A stretch of 9,945 nt of DNA. Origin: an uncultured Gammaproteobacteria bacterium. Lineage in GTDB: Bacteria; Patescibacteriota; Patescibacteriia; UBA2591; UBA6264. The stretch lies in NCBI GenBank assembly GCA_964507075.1, contig CAZDOL010000012.1, positions 2,433 to 12,377 of the forward strand, in the 5' to 3' direction. Shown here one piece after another: positions 1-6,869 of the stretch. Made by a program: the position numbers and the translations under genes. Numbering within the stretch: the stretch's first letter is position 1; each line of letters begins with the position of its first letter. The notes under the pieces are model-generated. The model made no database searches, was not told where the DNA came from, and was given only the letters and a program-made list of their open reading frames with translations.

Positions 1-75
1 CAAAGCTTGAAATTAAATTTTATTGTATAAAAAATTAAAGTAATTTAATTATAAGAAATATAAAAATAAAAAGTT

Positions 76-1734
76 ATGAAATTACGTATTATTCCGTTAG
101 GCGGAGTTGAAGAAGTAGGCAAAAACTGCATGGCTCTTGAACTTTTAGAATCAAATCAAAAACAAGGAGACATTATAGTCATAGATATGGGCTTGGACTT
201 TCCTGGCCCAGATTTATTGGGGGTTGACTATGTTCTGCCAGACATTACTTATTTAGAAGAAAATAAAAACAGAATTAAGGGATTAGTTATTACCCATGGC
301 CATTTAGACCATATTGGCGCTGTTTCTTATTTTTTAAGAAAATTAGGAAACCCTCCAATTTTTGCTACTCCCTTAACCATTGGCTTAACAGAAGACAGAT
401 TGTTAGAATTTGGCATTCAAGATGCTAGATTTAATATTATTAAATCAGAGAAAGTTTTTAGTTTGGGTGATTTTTCTATTACACCATTTAGTGTGGTACA
501 TAATATTCCTGATAGTGTTGGCTTAATTATTAAAACTCCCTTAGGAACAATTGTTCATACTGGAGATTTTAAGTTTGATAAATCACCATTAGACCAAAAG
601 CCAATTAATGAAAATTTATTAAGAAAAGTGGGAGATGATAAAGTTTTGGCTCTTTTGTCAGATAGCACTAATGCTGCTTTGCCGGGCAAAGTTGTTTCTG
701 AGCAAGAAGTAGGGCAAATAACTTACTCCTTAATTAAGAGTATCAAAGGAAGAATTATATTTACTACTTTTGCTAGTTTAATTAGCCGAATTCAGCAGGC
801 CATCAATGCTTGCGAAAAATGCAATAGAAAGGTGGCTCTTGTTGGTATGTCTGTCAAAAAGACAGTGGCCATTGCTCAAAGCTTGGGTTATTTAAAGATT
901 CCTCACAAAATGATAGTGGACATTACGGAGACAAATAAAATGTCACCACAGAAAGTTCTTGTTATTGCTGGGGGGTCGCAAGGAGTAGAGGGATCTTCTA
1001 TGGATAGAATCGCTCAAAATATACATCGTTTAGTTAGGATTAAACAAGGGGATACAGTTATTTTTTCTTCTTCTACTGTGCCGGGCAATGAATTAGCGGT
1101 AGTTGGGGTTATGAATGGTTTAGTTGACCAAGGAGCAGAAGTAATTTTTCGCCGTGTTTTAGGTTCGGGTATTCATAGCTCCGGTCATGCTAAGCAAGAT
1201 GGATTATTAAAAATGATTTCTTTAATTAGACCTAAATTTTTTATGCCCATTGAAGGAGCGCACTATATGCAAGCTGATCATATTAAATTAGCTGAAAGCT
1301 TTGGCATCAAAAAAGAAAATTCTTTTATGTTGAAAAATGGGGAAATTTTAGAAATTAACGAACAAGAGAAGGCCCATAAACTTCCTGACCAAAGAGTATC
1401 CCATTCCGTTGTCGTAGTAGAGGGGAACAAAATTGAACCTTTGAACGAAAAAGTTTTGAAAGACCGTAAGAAATTAGCTGAATCAGGGATTTGTTTTGTT
1501 TCAGTTTCAGCTGTGAGATTTGGCAAGAAGATTAACCCTGGAATTAATATAAAGGTTACTTGCCAAGGAGTTGAATTGGGAGATGAGTTAATTTCAGATT
1601 TAATCGCTAAAGCCAAGAAATTAATTCAGAGGCATGGCCTTAAGCCCGGCTCAGAGCACAAAATGGGAACTAGCTTAAGTGATTTAATTTTAAGTAGAAA
1701 TGGCAAAAAACCTATAGTAATAGTATCTATTTAA
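76..1734 (+). CDS. rnj: Ribonuclease J (metallo-beta-lactamase / beta-CASP family RNase)
   Basis: 552-aa ORF. The N-terminus MKLRIIPLGGVEEVGKNCM is typical of RNase J. It carries the MBL HxHxDH motif (VITHGHLDHIGA) and downstream conserved blocks TGDFKFD, LLSDSTNA and IHSSGHA. Its length matches bacterial RNase J (about 555 aa). Confidence 0.9.
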   Translation: MKLRIIPLGGVEEVGKNCMALELLESNQKQGDIIVIDMGLDFPGPDLLGVDYVLPDITYLEENKNRIKGLVITHGHLDHIGAVSYFLRKLGNPPIFATPLTIGLTEDRLLEFGIQDARFNIIKSEKVFSLGDFSITPFSVVHNIPDSVGLIIKTPLGTIVHTGDFKFDKSPLDQKPINENLLRKVGDDKVLALLSDSTNAALPGKVVSEQEVGQITYSLIKSIKGRIIFTTFASLISRIQQAINACEKCNRKVALVGMSVKKTVAIAQSLGYLKIPHKMIVDITETNKMSPQKVLVIAGGSQGVEGSSMDRIAQNIHRLVRIKQGDTVIFSSSTVPGNELAVVGVMNGLVDQGAEVIFRRVLGSGIHSSGHAKQDGLLKMISLIRPKFFMPIEGAHYMQADHIKLAESFGIKKENSFMLKNGEILEINEQEKAHKLPDQRVSHSVVVVEGNKIEPLNEKVLKDRKKLAESGICFVSVSAVRFGKKINPGINIKVTCQGVELGDELISDLIAKAKKLIQRHGLKPGSEHKMGTSLSDLILSRNGKKPIVIVSI

Positions 1735-1750
1735 ATAATAACAAAAAAAT

Positions 1751-2110
1751 ATGGAAACAGAAAAAATTGTAGAAAAAATTAGTTCTTTAATAAAGAAAGA
1801 AGAAAAAATTTCTTTATCACAAAAATTATTAGCCATCATTTCTTATCTGGGGGTCTTATCTTTATTGACTATGATCCTAAGAGAGAAAAGTAAGCCAGTT
1901 CATTTTCATGTTCGCCAAGGAGTGGCTTTGTTTGTAGCGGAAATTATTTGTACTTTAGTTTTAGTAATTCCTTTTATTGGTTGGATTATTGGATTTATTG
2001 GTTGGATTTTATGCATTTTATTTTCTGTTTTAGGCTTGATTAAGGCAGCTAGAGGCAAAGAATGGACAATTCCTTTTTTAGGAAGATTAGCAACGAAAAT
2101 TAAGATTTAA
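1751..2110 (+). CDS. Small integral membrane protein, DUF4870-like
   Basis: 119-aa ORF starting 16 nt after the rnj stop. It has two or three hydrophobic helices. LAIISYLGVLSLL...KSKPVHFHVRQGVALFV and the C-terminal KAARGKEWTIPFLG resemble the DUF4870 pattern, recognised from memory and not searched. Confidence 0.65.
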   Translation: METEKIVEKISSLIKKEEKISLSQKLLAIISYLGVLSLLTMILREKSKPVHFHVRQGVALFVAEIICTLVLVIPFIGWIIGFIGWILCILFSVLGLIKAARGKEWTIPFLGRLATKIKI

Positions 2111-2150
2111 TAATATGTTATTCTTAAAATAGAAGGAAATAAATAAAAAA

Positions 2151-2723
2151 ATGAAAAATAATAATATAATTTACGTTTTTATTGATGCTTCAAATCTTTG
2201 GCAGGCTCAAAAATCTAAAGGAAGATTTTTCGATTATGAGAAATTGAAAATTTTTATTAAGCAAAAATTTAATGGTTCTTCTATAAAGATTTTTTATTAT
2301 ACCGCTTATCCAGCCGAAGGAACAAGAGATTATAATTTGGATGGTAAACATAAATTTTATACTTTTTTGAATAAAGGATTAGGTTTTATTGTTCGAAAGA
2401 AAAAGTTGAAACGCATTTTAATAACTAGTGAGGATGGTCAATCTGTTGAAGAGAAGGGAAATATGGATGTGGAGATGACAATTGATGCAATTCATAACAT
2501 TGAGAAGTATAATATAGCGGTTTTATTTTCAGGTGATTCCGACTTTCTAGCTTTAGTAACATATATTAGAAGAAAAAACAAAAAAGTTTATATTTTTTCA
2601 TCAAAAAATAATATTTCACAAGAATTAAGAACAGGAGGAGATGGGTATTTTGATGTATTGAGAATTAAAGAAAATGTTTGGGGTAGAGAATTACAACATT
2701 TAGCAGCAAAGACTAATCGATAA
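2151..2723 (+). CDS. NYN-domain protein (LabA/DUF88-like predicted ribonuclease)
   Basis: 190-aa ORF with the NYN/LabA signature blocks: IYVFIDASNLW (N-terminal Asp), GNMDVEMTIDAI and VLFSGDSDFLALV (GDSDF). An AGAAGGAAA purine tract lies 12-20 nt upstream of the ATG. Confidence 0.8.
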   Translation: MKNNNIIYVFIDASNLWQAQKSKGRFFDYEKLKIFIKQKFNGSSIKIFYYTAYPAEGTRDYNLDGKHKFYTFLNKGLGFIVRKKKLKRILITSEDGQSVEEKGNMDVEMTIDAIHNIEKYNIAVLFSGDSDFLALVTYIRRKNKKVYIFSSKNNISQELRTGGDGYFDVLRIKENVWGRELQHLAAKTNR

Positions 2724-2730
2724 AGAAAAA

Positions 2731-2752
2731 CAACCCTCCTCGCGGAAGGTTG
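2731..2752 (+). terminator. Stem-loop after the NYN gene (candidate intrinsic terminator)
   Basis: CAACCCTCC-tcgc-GGAAGGTTG forms a 9-bp stem with one C.A mismatch and a 4-nt loop, starting 8 nt after the stop codon. The trailing CUCUU is only a weak U-tract, so terminator function is uncertain. Confidence 0.4.
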
Positions 2753-2773
2753 CTCTTGGATGTAATACCCTAA

Positions 2774-2793
2774 CAGTTCTATGACTAGAACTG
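2774..2793. repeat. Perfect 8-4-8 inverted repeat (hairpin or dimeric-protein operator)
   Basis: CAGTTCTA-tgac-TAGAACTG has exactly complementary arms. It lies in the intergenic region about 35 bp upstream of the predicted ppsA -35 box. Confidence 0.5.
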
Positions 2794-2827
2794 AAAGACA
2801 TTATTAAGTATAGCGTTTTAATGAGTT

Positions 2828-2856
2828 TTGTCAATTGTCCTGTGGATAAGTAAATT
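2828..2856 (+). promoter_or_regulatory. Candidate sigma-70 promoter for ppsA
   Basis: TTGTCA (2828-2833), a 17-nt spacer, then TAAATT (2851-2856). The predicted TSS near 2863 would give a leader of about 25 nt to ATG 2889. AT-rich background makes promoter calls weak. Confidence 0.4.
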
Positions 2857-2888
2857 GTATTTAATTGAATATTAATAAAAAAACAATT

Positions 2889-5285
2889 ATGAATTTTTTA
2901 ATCTGGTTTAAAGATTTATCTATTAAAGATGTCCTTAGAGTTGGAGGCAAAAATGCTTCTTTGGGAGAAATGTATCAAAAGTTAGGAAAGAAAGGAGTGA
3001 GGATTCCAAATGGGTTTGCTACTACCGCAGATGCTTATTGGCGTTTTATGGAGAAAAGTCAATTAGGCAAAAAAATAGAGAATATTTTAAAAGGATTAGA
3101 TGTTCAAAATGTGAAAGATTTATATCAACGTGGTCAGAAGGTTAGAAATTTGATTTTAAAAACACCATTAGATAAAGATTTTGAAAGGGCTATTGTGGTT
3201 GCTTATAAAAAATTATCTCAAGAATATAAATCTAAAAATATAGATGTTGCAGTTCGCAGTTCAGCCACAGCCGAAGATATGCCTGAAGCCAGTTTTGCTG
3301 GTCAAATGGAAACATATCTTAATATTAGAGGCACAGATAATTTATTAAAAGCAGTTCGTAAATGTATGGCCTCTCTTTTTACCAATAGAGCTATTGTTTA
3401 TCGTGAAACCAAAGGTTTTAAAGATATGGAAGTAGCTCTTTCTGTTGGAATTCAAAAAATGATTCGTTCTGATTTGGCTTGTTCTGGCGTTATGTTTTCT
3501 TGCGACACTGAATCTGGCTTTGCTGATGTTACTGTTATTAATTCTTCTTGGGGATTGGGGGAGAATATAGTTCAAGGCAAGGTTAGTCCTGATGAATTTA
3601 TGGTTTTTGAGCCCTTATTAGATAAAGGATATAAACCAATTGTTAACAAAAGGTTGGGACGCAAAGAATGGACAATGGTTTACAACACAAATGGAAAGAG
3701 TCCAGTTAAGAATATAAAAACTATTTTAAAAGAAAGAAGCAAGTTTACTTTATCAGATGAGGAAATTTTAGAATTAGCTCGTTATTCTGTCTTAATTGAA
3801 AAACATTATAAACGGCCAATGGATATGGAGTGGGGGAAAGACGGTAAAGACAACAAGTTATATATTTTACAAGCTCGACCAGAAACTGTTCAATCTCGTA
3901 AATCAGCAGATGTTTTAGAAAGATATATTCTTACCAAAGAAGGAAAGTCAAAAACTATCCAGAATAAAGTTATAATTATTGGCGTGGCTGTCGGTTCCAA
4001 GATTGGACAAGGAACTGCTCGTGTCATTAAAGACGTTAAAGATATAGTCAAATTTAAACCAGGAGAAGTTTTAGTTACTGAAATGACTGATCCAGATTGG
4101 GTGCCAATTATGAAAATTGCCTCTGCTATTGTGACTAATGCTGGTGGAAGAACCTGTCACGCGGCAATTGTCAGTCGTGAATTGGGGGTTCCTTGTATAG
4201 TAGGAACCGGAAATGTGACTAAGCTTATTAAAGATAAGCAAAAGATAACTGTTTCTTGCTCTGAGGGAGAAATAGGACGTATTTATAATGGTTTATTGCC
4301 GTTTAAGATAAAGAAAACTTTCTTAAAGAAAATAAAGAATCCAAAAACCAAAGTAATGCTTAATATTGCTGAGCCAAGTCAAGCTTTTGGTTTTTCTTTC
4401 TTGCCTAATGATGGTGTTGGTTTAGCACGTGAGGAATTCATAATCAACAACCATATTAAAATTCACCCTTTAGCTTTATTGAATTATTCCAAAATTAAAG
4501 ACAAAAAAGTAAAAAAACAAATAGATGAAATAACAGCAGGTTATGAAAATAAGATTGATTTTTATGTTAATAAATTAGCAGAAGGCATTGGGACTATTGC
4601 CTCGGCTTTTTATCCAAAAGATGTTATTGTTCGTTTTTCTGATTTTAAGAGCAATGAATATGCCAATTTAATTGGTGGCTCTTTATATGAACCAAAAGAA
4701 ACCAATCCTATGATTGGCTGGAGAGGAGCTAGTCGTTATAATGACCCTAAATTTAAAAAAGCTTTTGAAATGGAGTGCCAAGCTATTAAAAAAGTTAGAC
4801 AAGAGTTTGGTTTGGATAATGTAATTGTAATGGTGCCCTTTTGTAGAACAATTGAAGAAGCAAAAGGTGTTTTAAAGATTATTGATAAGCATAAATTGAG
4901 AGAAAAAATAAAAGGACAAAAAAAATTACAAGTTTATGTTATGGCGGAAATTCCTTCTAACATTGTGTTGGCCGAAGAATTTGCTAAACTTTTTGACGGT
5001 TTTTCAATTGGCTCTAATGATTTAACTCAATTAGTTTTAGGTTTAGATAGAGACTCTAGTTTAATCGCCCATCTTTTTGACGAGAGAAATGAGGCTGTAA
5101 AGAGAATGATCAAAACTTTAATTAAGGTGGCTCATCAGAATAAATGCAAGGTGGGAATTTGCGGACAAGGACCAAGTGATTTTCCTGATTTTGCCCAATT
5201 TTTGGTCAGAGAAGGGATTGATTCAATTTCTTTACTGCCAGATACTATTATTGAAACCACAATAAAGATATCTCAAGTTGAATAG
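2889..5285 (+). CDS. ppsA: Phosphoenolpyruvate synthase (pyruvate, water dikinase)
   Basis: The ORF aligns along its full length, from memory, to E. coli PpsA. Matching blocks are N-terminal DVLRVGGKNASLGEM, the phosphohistidine swivel motif GGRTCHAAIVSRELGVPCIVG, and C-terminal PEP-utilising TIM-barrel blocks VRFSDFKSNEYANLIGG, NPMIGWRGASRY, EIPSN, FSIGSNDLTQL and GICGQGPSD. The ORF track starts at TTG 2865. I prefer ATG 2889 (MNFLIWFKDLS...) because it matches the PpsA N-terminus and lies downstream of the predicted promoter. Confidence 0.9.
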   Translation: MNFLIWFKDLSIKDVLRVGGKNASLGEMYQKLGKKGVRIPNGFATTADAYWRFMEKSQLGKKIENILKGLDVQNVKDLYQRGQKVRNLILKTPLDKDFERAIVVAYKKLSQEYKSKNIDVAVRSSATAEDMPEASFAGQMETYLNIRGTDNLLKAVRKCMASLFTNRAIVYRETKGFKDMEVALSVGIQKMIRSDLACSGVMFSCDTESGFADVTVINSSWGLGENIVQGKVSPDEFMVFEPLLDKGYKPIVNKRLGRKEWTMVYNTNGKSPVKNIKTILKERSKFTLSDEEILELARYSVLIEKHYKRPMDMEWGKDGKDNKLYILQARPETVQSRKSADVLERYILTKEGKSKTIQNKVIIIGVAVGSKIGQGTARVIKDVKDIVKFKPGEVLVTEMTDPDWVPIMKIASAIVTNAGGRTCHAAIVSRELGVPCIVGTGNVTKLIKDKQKITVSCSEGEIGRIYNGLLPFKIKKTFLKKIKNPKTKVMLNIAEPSQAFGFSFLPNDGVGLAREEFIINNHIKIHPLALLNYSKIKDKKVKKQIDEITAGYENKIDFYVNKLAEGIGTIASAFYPKDVIVRFSDFKSNEYANLIGGSLYEPKETNPMIGWRGASRYNDPKFKKAFEMECQAIKKVRQEFGLDNVIVMVPFCRTIEEAKGVLKIIDKHKLREKIKGQKKLQVYVMAEIPSNIVLAEEFAKLFDGFSIGSNDLTQLVLGLDRDSSLIAHLFDERNEAVKRMIKTLIKVAHQNKCKVGICGQGPSDFPDFAQFLVREGIDSISLLPDTIIETTIKISQVE

Positions 5286-5297
5286 GGGACTGTCCCC
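5285..5297 (+). terminator. Short GC hairpin/palindrome overlapping the ppsA stop codon
   Basis: GGGGACTGTCCCC forms a GGGGA/TCCCC stem with a CTG loop. The first G is the last base of the TAG stop. It is followed by CCTTTCCTC with no real U-tract. Confidence 0.3.
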
Positions 5298-5331
5298 CCT
5301 TTCCTCATCTCGCAAACTCGTTTCTATTATA

Positions 5332-5340
5332 TGTTATAAT
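5332..5340 (+). promoter_or_regulatory. Candidate extended -10 promoter (TGnTATAAT) upstream of the methyltransferase gene
   Basis: TGtTATAAT is an exact match to the extended -10 consensus, 65 nt upstream of ATG 5405. An alternative is TTGACC (5366-5371) with a poor -10 (TAAATA, 5388-5393). Confidence 0.35.
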
Positions 5341-5404
5341 CGCATTTTTCCGATTTGGCAAAAAATTGACCAAAAACTAAAATTTCCTAAATAATTATAT
5401 TTAC

Positions 5405-5947
5405 ATGCAATTTTTAGCTCCTATAATATATCTAATTCTTGCTATTTTTTTGTTTTGGACCGCTCTTTCTTTTCGAAATGCCAGCAAATCTTTTGCTCCT
5501 TTTGTTCCTTGTGGAAAAAAAGAATTACCCCGAATTTTTGAGGTAATTGCCTTGAAAGATAATGAAGTCTTTTATGATTTAGGTTGCGGAGACGGACGAG
5601 TTGTTTTTTATGCTGCTCAAAATTTTCCAGTAAAAGCGATTGGCATTGAATTGAGTCTCTTCTTCTTTCTTTATTGTTGGATTAAAAGTATCTTTTTAGC
5701 TAATAAAGGAGATACTAATTTTAAATTAAGAGATTTATTCTACGAAGATTTATCCGAAGCAGACGCTATTTATGTCTATGGTATGCCGAAAGTATTAGAA
5801 GAGAAATTAAGATATAAATTAGAAAAAGAATTAAAGAAAGGAGCGAGGGTTATAGCTTATGGATTTCCAATCAAAGGCCTAGAACCAGAAAGTATCCGCC
5901 AGCCAGACGAAAATCACAAAAAATCAATTTATCTATATAGATTCTAA
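5405..5947 (+). CDS. Membrane-anchored class I (seven-beta-strand) SAM-dependent methyltransferase
   Basis: 180-aa ORF with an N-terminal hydrophobic helix ([21 protein letters not shown]). This is followed by [20 protein letters not shown] and SAM-binding motif [17 protein letters not shown], then AIGIELS (motif II region) and a post-motif acidic [12 protein letters not shown]. Confidence 0.8.
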   Translation: MQFLAPIIYLILAIFLFWTALSFRNASKSFAPFVPCGKKELPRIFEVIALKDNEVFYDLGCGDGRVVFYAAQNFPVKAIGIELSLFFFLYCWIKSIFLANKGDTNFKLRDLFYEDLSEADAIYVYGMPKVLEEKLRYKLEKELKKGARVIAYGFPIKGLEPESIRQPDENHKKSIYLYRF

Positions 5948-5949
5948 AA

Positions 5950-6037
5950 GGAGAGGTCGCATAGTGGCCGATTGCGCCGCCTTGGAAAGGCGGTATACCG
6001 AAAGGTATCGCGGGTTCAAATCCCGCCCTCTCCGCCA
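5950..6037 (+). tRNA. tRNA-Ser (anticodon GGA), type II with long variable arm, CCA encoded
   Basis: Folded by hand. The acceptor stem is GGAGAGG/CCTCTCC (7 bp, perfect). The D-stem is GCA/TGC with GG in the loop. The anticodon stem is CCGCC/GGCGG with loop TTGGAAA (anticodon GGA at 5984-5986). The variable arm is ATACC-GAAA-GGTAT. The T-arm is GCGGG-TTCAAAT-CCCGC, followed by discriminator G and a genomic CCA. Confidence 0.95.
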
Positions 6038-6080
6038 TAAAATTTCGCTAACGCTTCGCTTAGTTAATCTAAAGAAATTT

Positions 6081-6779
6081 ATGAATTTTAAAAAATTAAC
6101 ATTTGAATCAGGAAAGGAGTCGGAGTCCAAAGCAAACATTGAAGTCGAATCCGGCCTTGATGATTTTGTGCCAGAAGAGTTTAGGCAAAATCCATTGGAA
6201 TATTTCGAAAACAAGGGACAGAACATAAAGTCGGGCGAAGTTAAACGAGATGAAACAGGGAGAGTGCGAGAAGACCCCACAGCTGTTAAAGAATTTCCAG
6301 TTTGGGCTGATGCGAATAGACAAGAGCTACCGACAATAGGCAAGAGAGTCAATGTCGAAAAAGGCAAGGTTGGAGAATCGGGCGATCCATTTTACGAATA
6401 CAAAATAATGGAGATTGTAACGAGCGTCGGCTTGCCCGCTCCTCGACCCGTTGCAAAAGTGGAACAACAAGGAACACATTTAATTGTTATGGAAAAAGTG
6501 AAGGGTATTAGTTGGCACGAAAAGAACGCATCAAAATTAAAAGAAAAAGGTTATAGCGACGAAGACGTCGAGAATCTCATAAAGCAAGCAGAAATAGTCA
6601 TGACGGAATTACAACAGCGATTTAACGAAGCGGGCATTATTCGGGGGTGGAAGTTAAAAGATATGATTTTCGATATTGATATTGAAAATAAGAAAATCAA
6701 TAAAATTATTCCTACTGATTGGGAAAGAACAAAAATTGACGAGGAGAAGCTGTCTGAATACAGAAAGAGAATGCAATAG
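6081..6779 (+). CDS. Hypothetical protein; C-terminal half resembles a minimal RIO/Bud32/Kdo-kinase-like protein-kinase fold with degenerate catalytic motifs
   Basis: The tracked ORF (5964-6779) overlaps the tRNA. ATG 6081 is the first canonical start beyond the tRNA, giving 232 aa. The N-terminal 100 aa or so are highly charged and low in complexity. The C-terminal part, YEYKIMEIVTSVGLPAPRPVAKVEQQGTHLIVMEKVKG...FNEAGIIRGWKLKDMIF...IIPTDWERT, follows the layout of small kinases (E..L..GlP.P...lvME.i.G ... aGlvHGDL...Nil ... IDF/IDWE). The G+C content is clearly higher than in neighbouring genes. Confidence 0.6.
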   Translation: MNFKKLTFESGKESESKANIEVESGLDDFVPEEFRQNPLEYFENKGQNIKSGEVKRDETGRVREDPTAVKEFPVWADANRQELPTIGKRVNVEKGKVGESGDPFYEYKIMEIVTSVGLPAPRPVAKVEQQGTHLIVMEKVKGISWHEKNASKLKEKGYSDEDVENLIKQAEIVMTELQQRFNEAGIIRGWKLKDMIFDIDIENKKINKIIPTDWERTKIDEEKLSEYRKRMQ

Positions 6780-6869
6780 AATGGGTTCCTTTGTTAGAAA
6801 TTAATGAAAAAACTGTCATCATATTATGTATCTAGCAATTAAATTATTAAAAAATTAATATATTTTTTC

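Noticed and set aside
1-75. Promoter for rnj (TTGAAA at 7-12; TATAAA at 26-31; other TATAA-like strings).
   Set aside because: The spacing between the best -35 and -10 candidates is only 13 nt. The region is so AT-rich that several hexamers match equally well, so no call is defensible.
1278-1616. 112-aa minus-strand ORF inside rnj.
   Set aside because: It lies entirely within a well-supported conserved CDS on the opposite strand and has no motifs. It is an antisense shadow ORF.
1973-2008. 15-nt direct repeat TTTATTGGTTGGATT (1973-1987 and 1994-2008).
   Set aside because: It lies in-frame inside the DUF4870-like CDS and encodes a duplicated FIGWI transmembrane segment. It is an internal coding duplication, not a regulatory or mobile repeat.
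2865-2888. TTG start at 2865 for ppsA, as in the ORF track.
   Set aside because: The extra MNINKKTI has no counterpart in PpsA N-termini. It would begin essentially at the predicted TSS with a non-AUG codon. ATG 2889 fits the conserved N-terminus better, though the TTG start is not strictly excluded.
3345-3575. 76-aa minus-strand ORF inside ppsA.
   Set aside because: It is antisense to a strongly conserved block of PEP synthase and has no independent support.
5964-6080. The N-terminal 39 codons of the tracked ORF 5964-6779 ([22 protein letters not shown]...).
   Set aside because: This segment is the tRNA-Ser sequence read as protein. The tRNA folds perfectly, so the CDS is trimmed to the first ATG beyond it (6081).
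6108-6323. 71-aa minus-strand ORF inside the hypothetical gene.
   Set aside because: It is short, has no start context or motif, and overlaps the longer plus-strand ORF and the other minus-strand shadow ORF.
5933-6367. 144-aa minus-strand ORF.
   Set aside because: It is antisense to the tRNA-Ser and to the 5' part of the plus-strand ORF. Its Ser/Leu/Pro-rich, low-complexity translation has no recognisable motif, so it is probably a shadow ORF favoured by the locally higher G+C.
6783-6788. GGGTTC downstream of the atypical ORF as a possible att-type direct repeat of the tRNA-Ser T-arm (GCGGGTTCAAATCC).
   Set aside because: Only 6 nt match, which is expected by chance. There is no integrase, so an integrative element is not supported.
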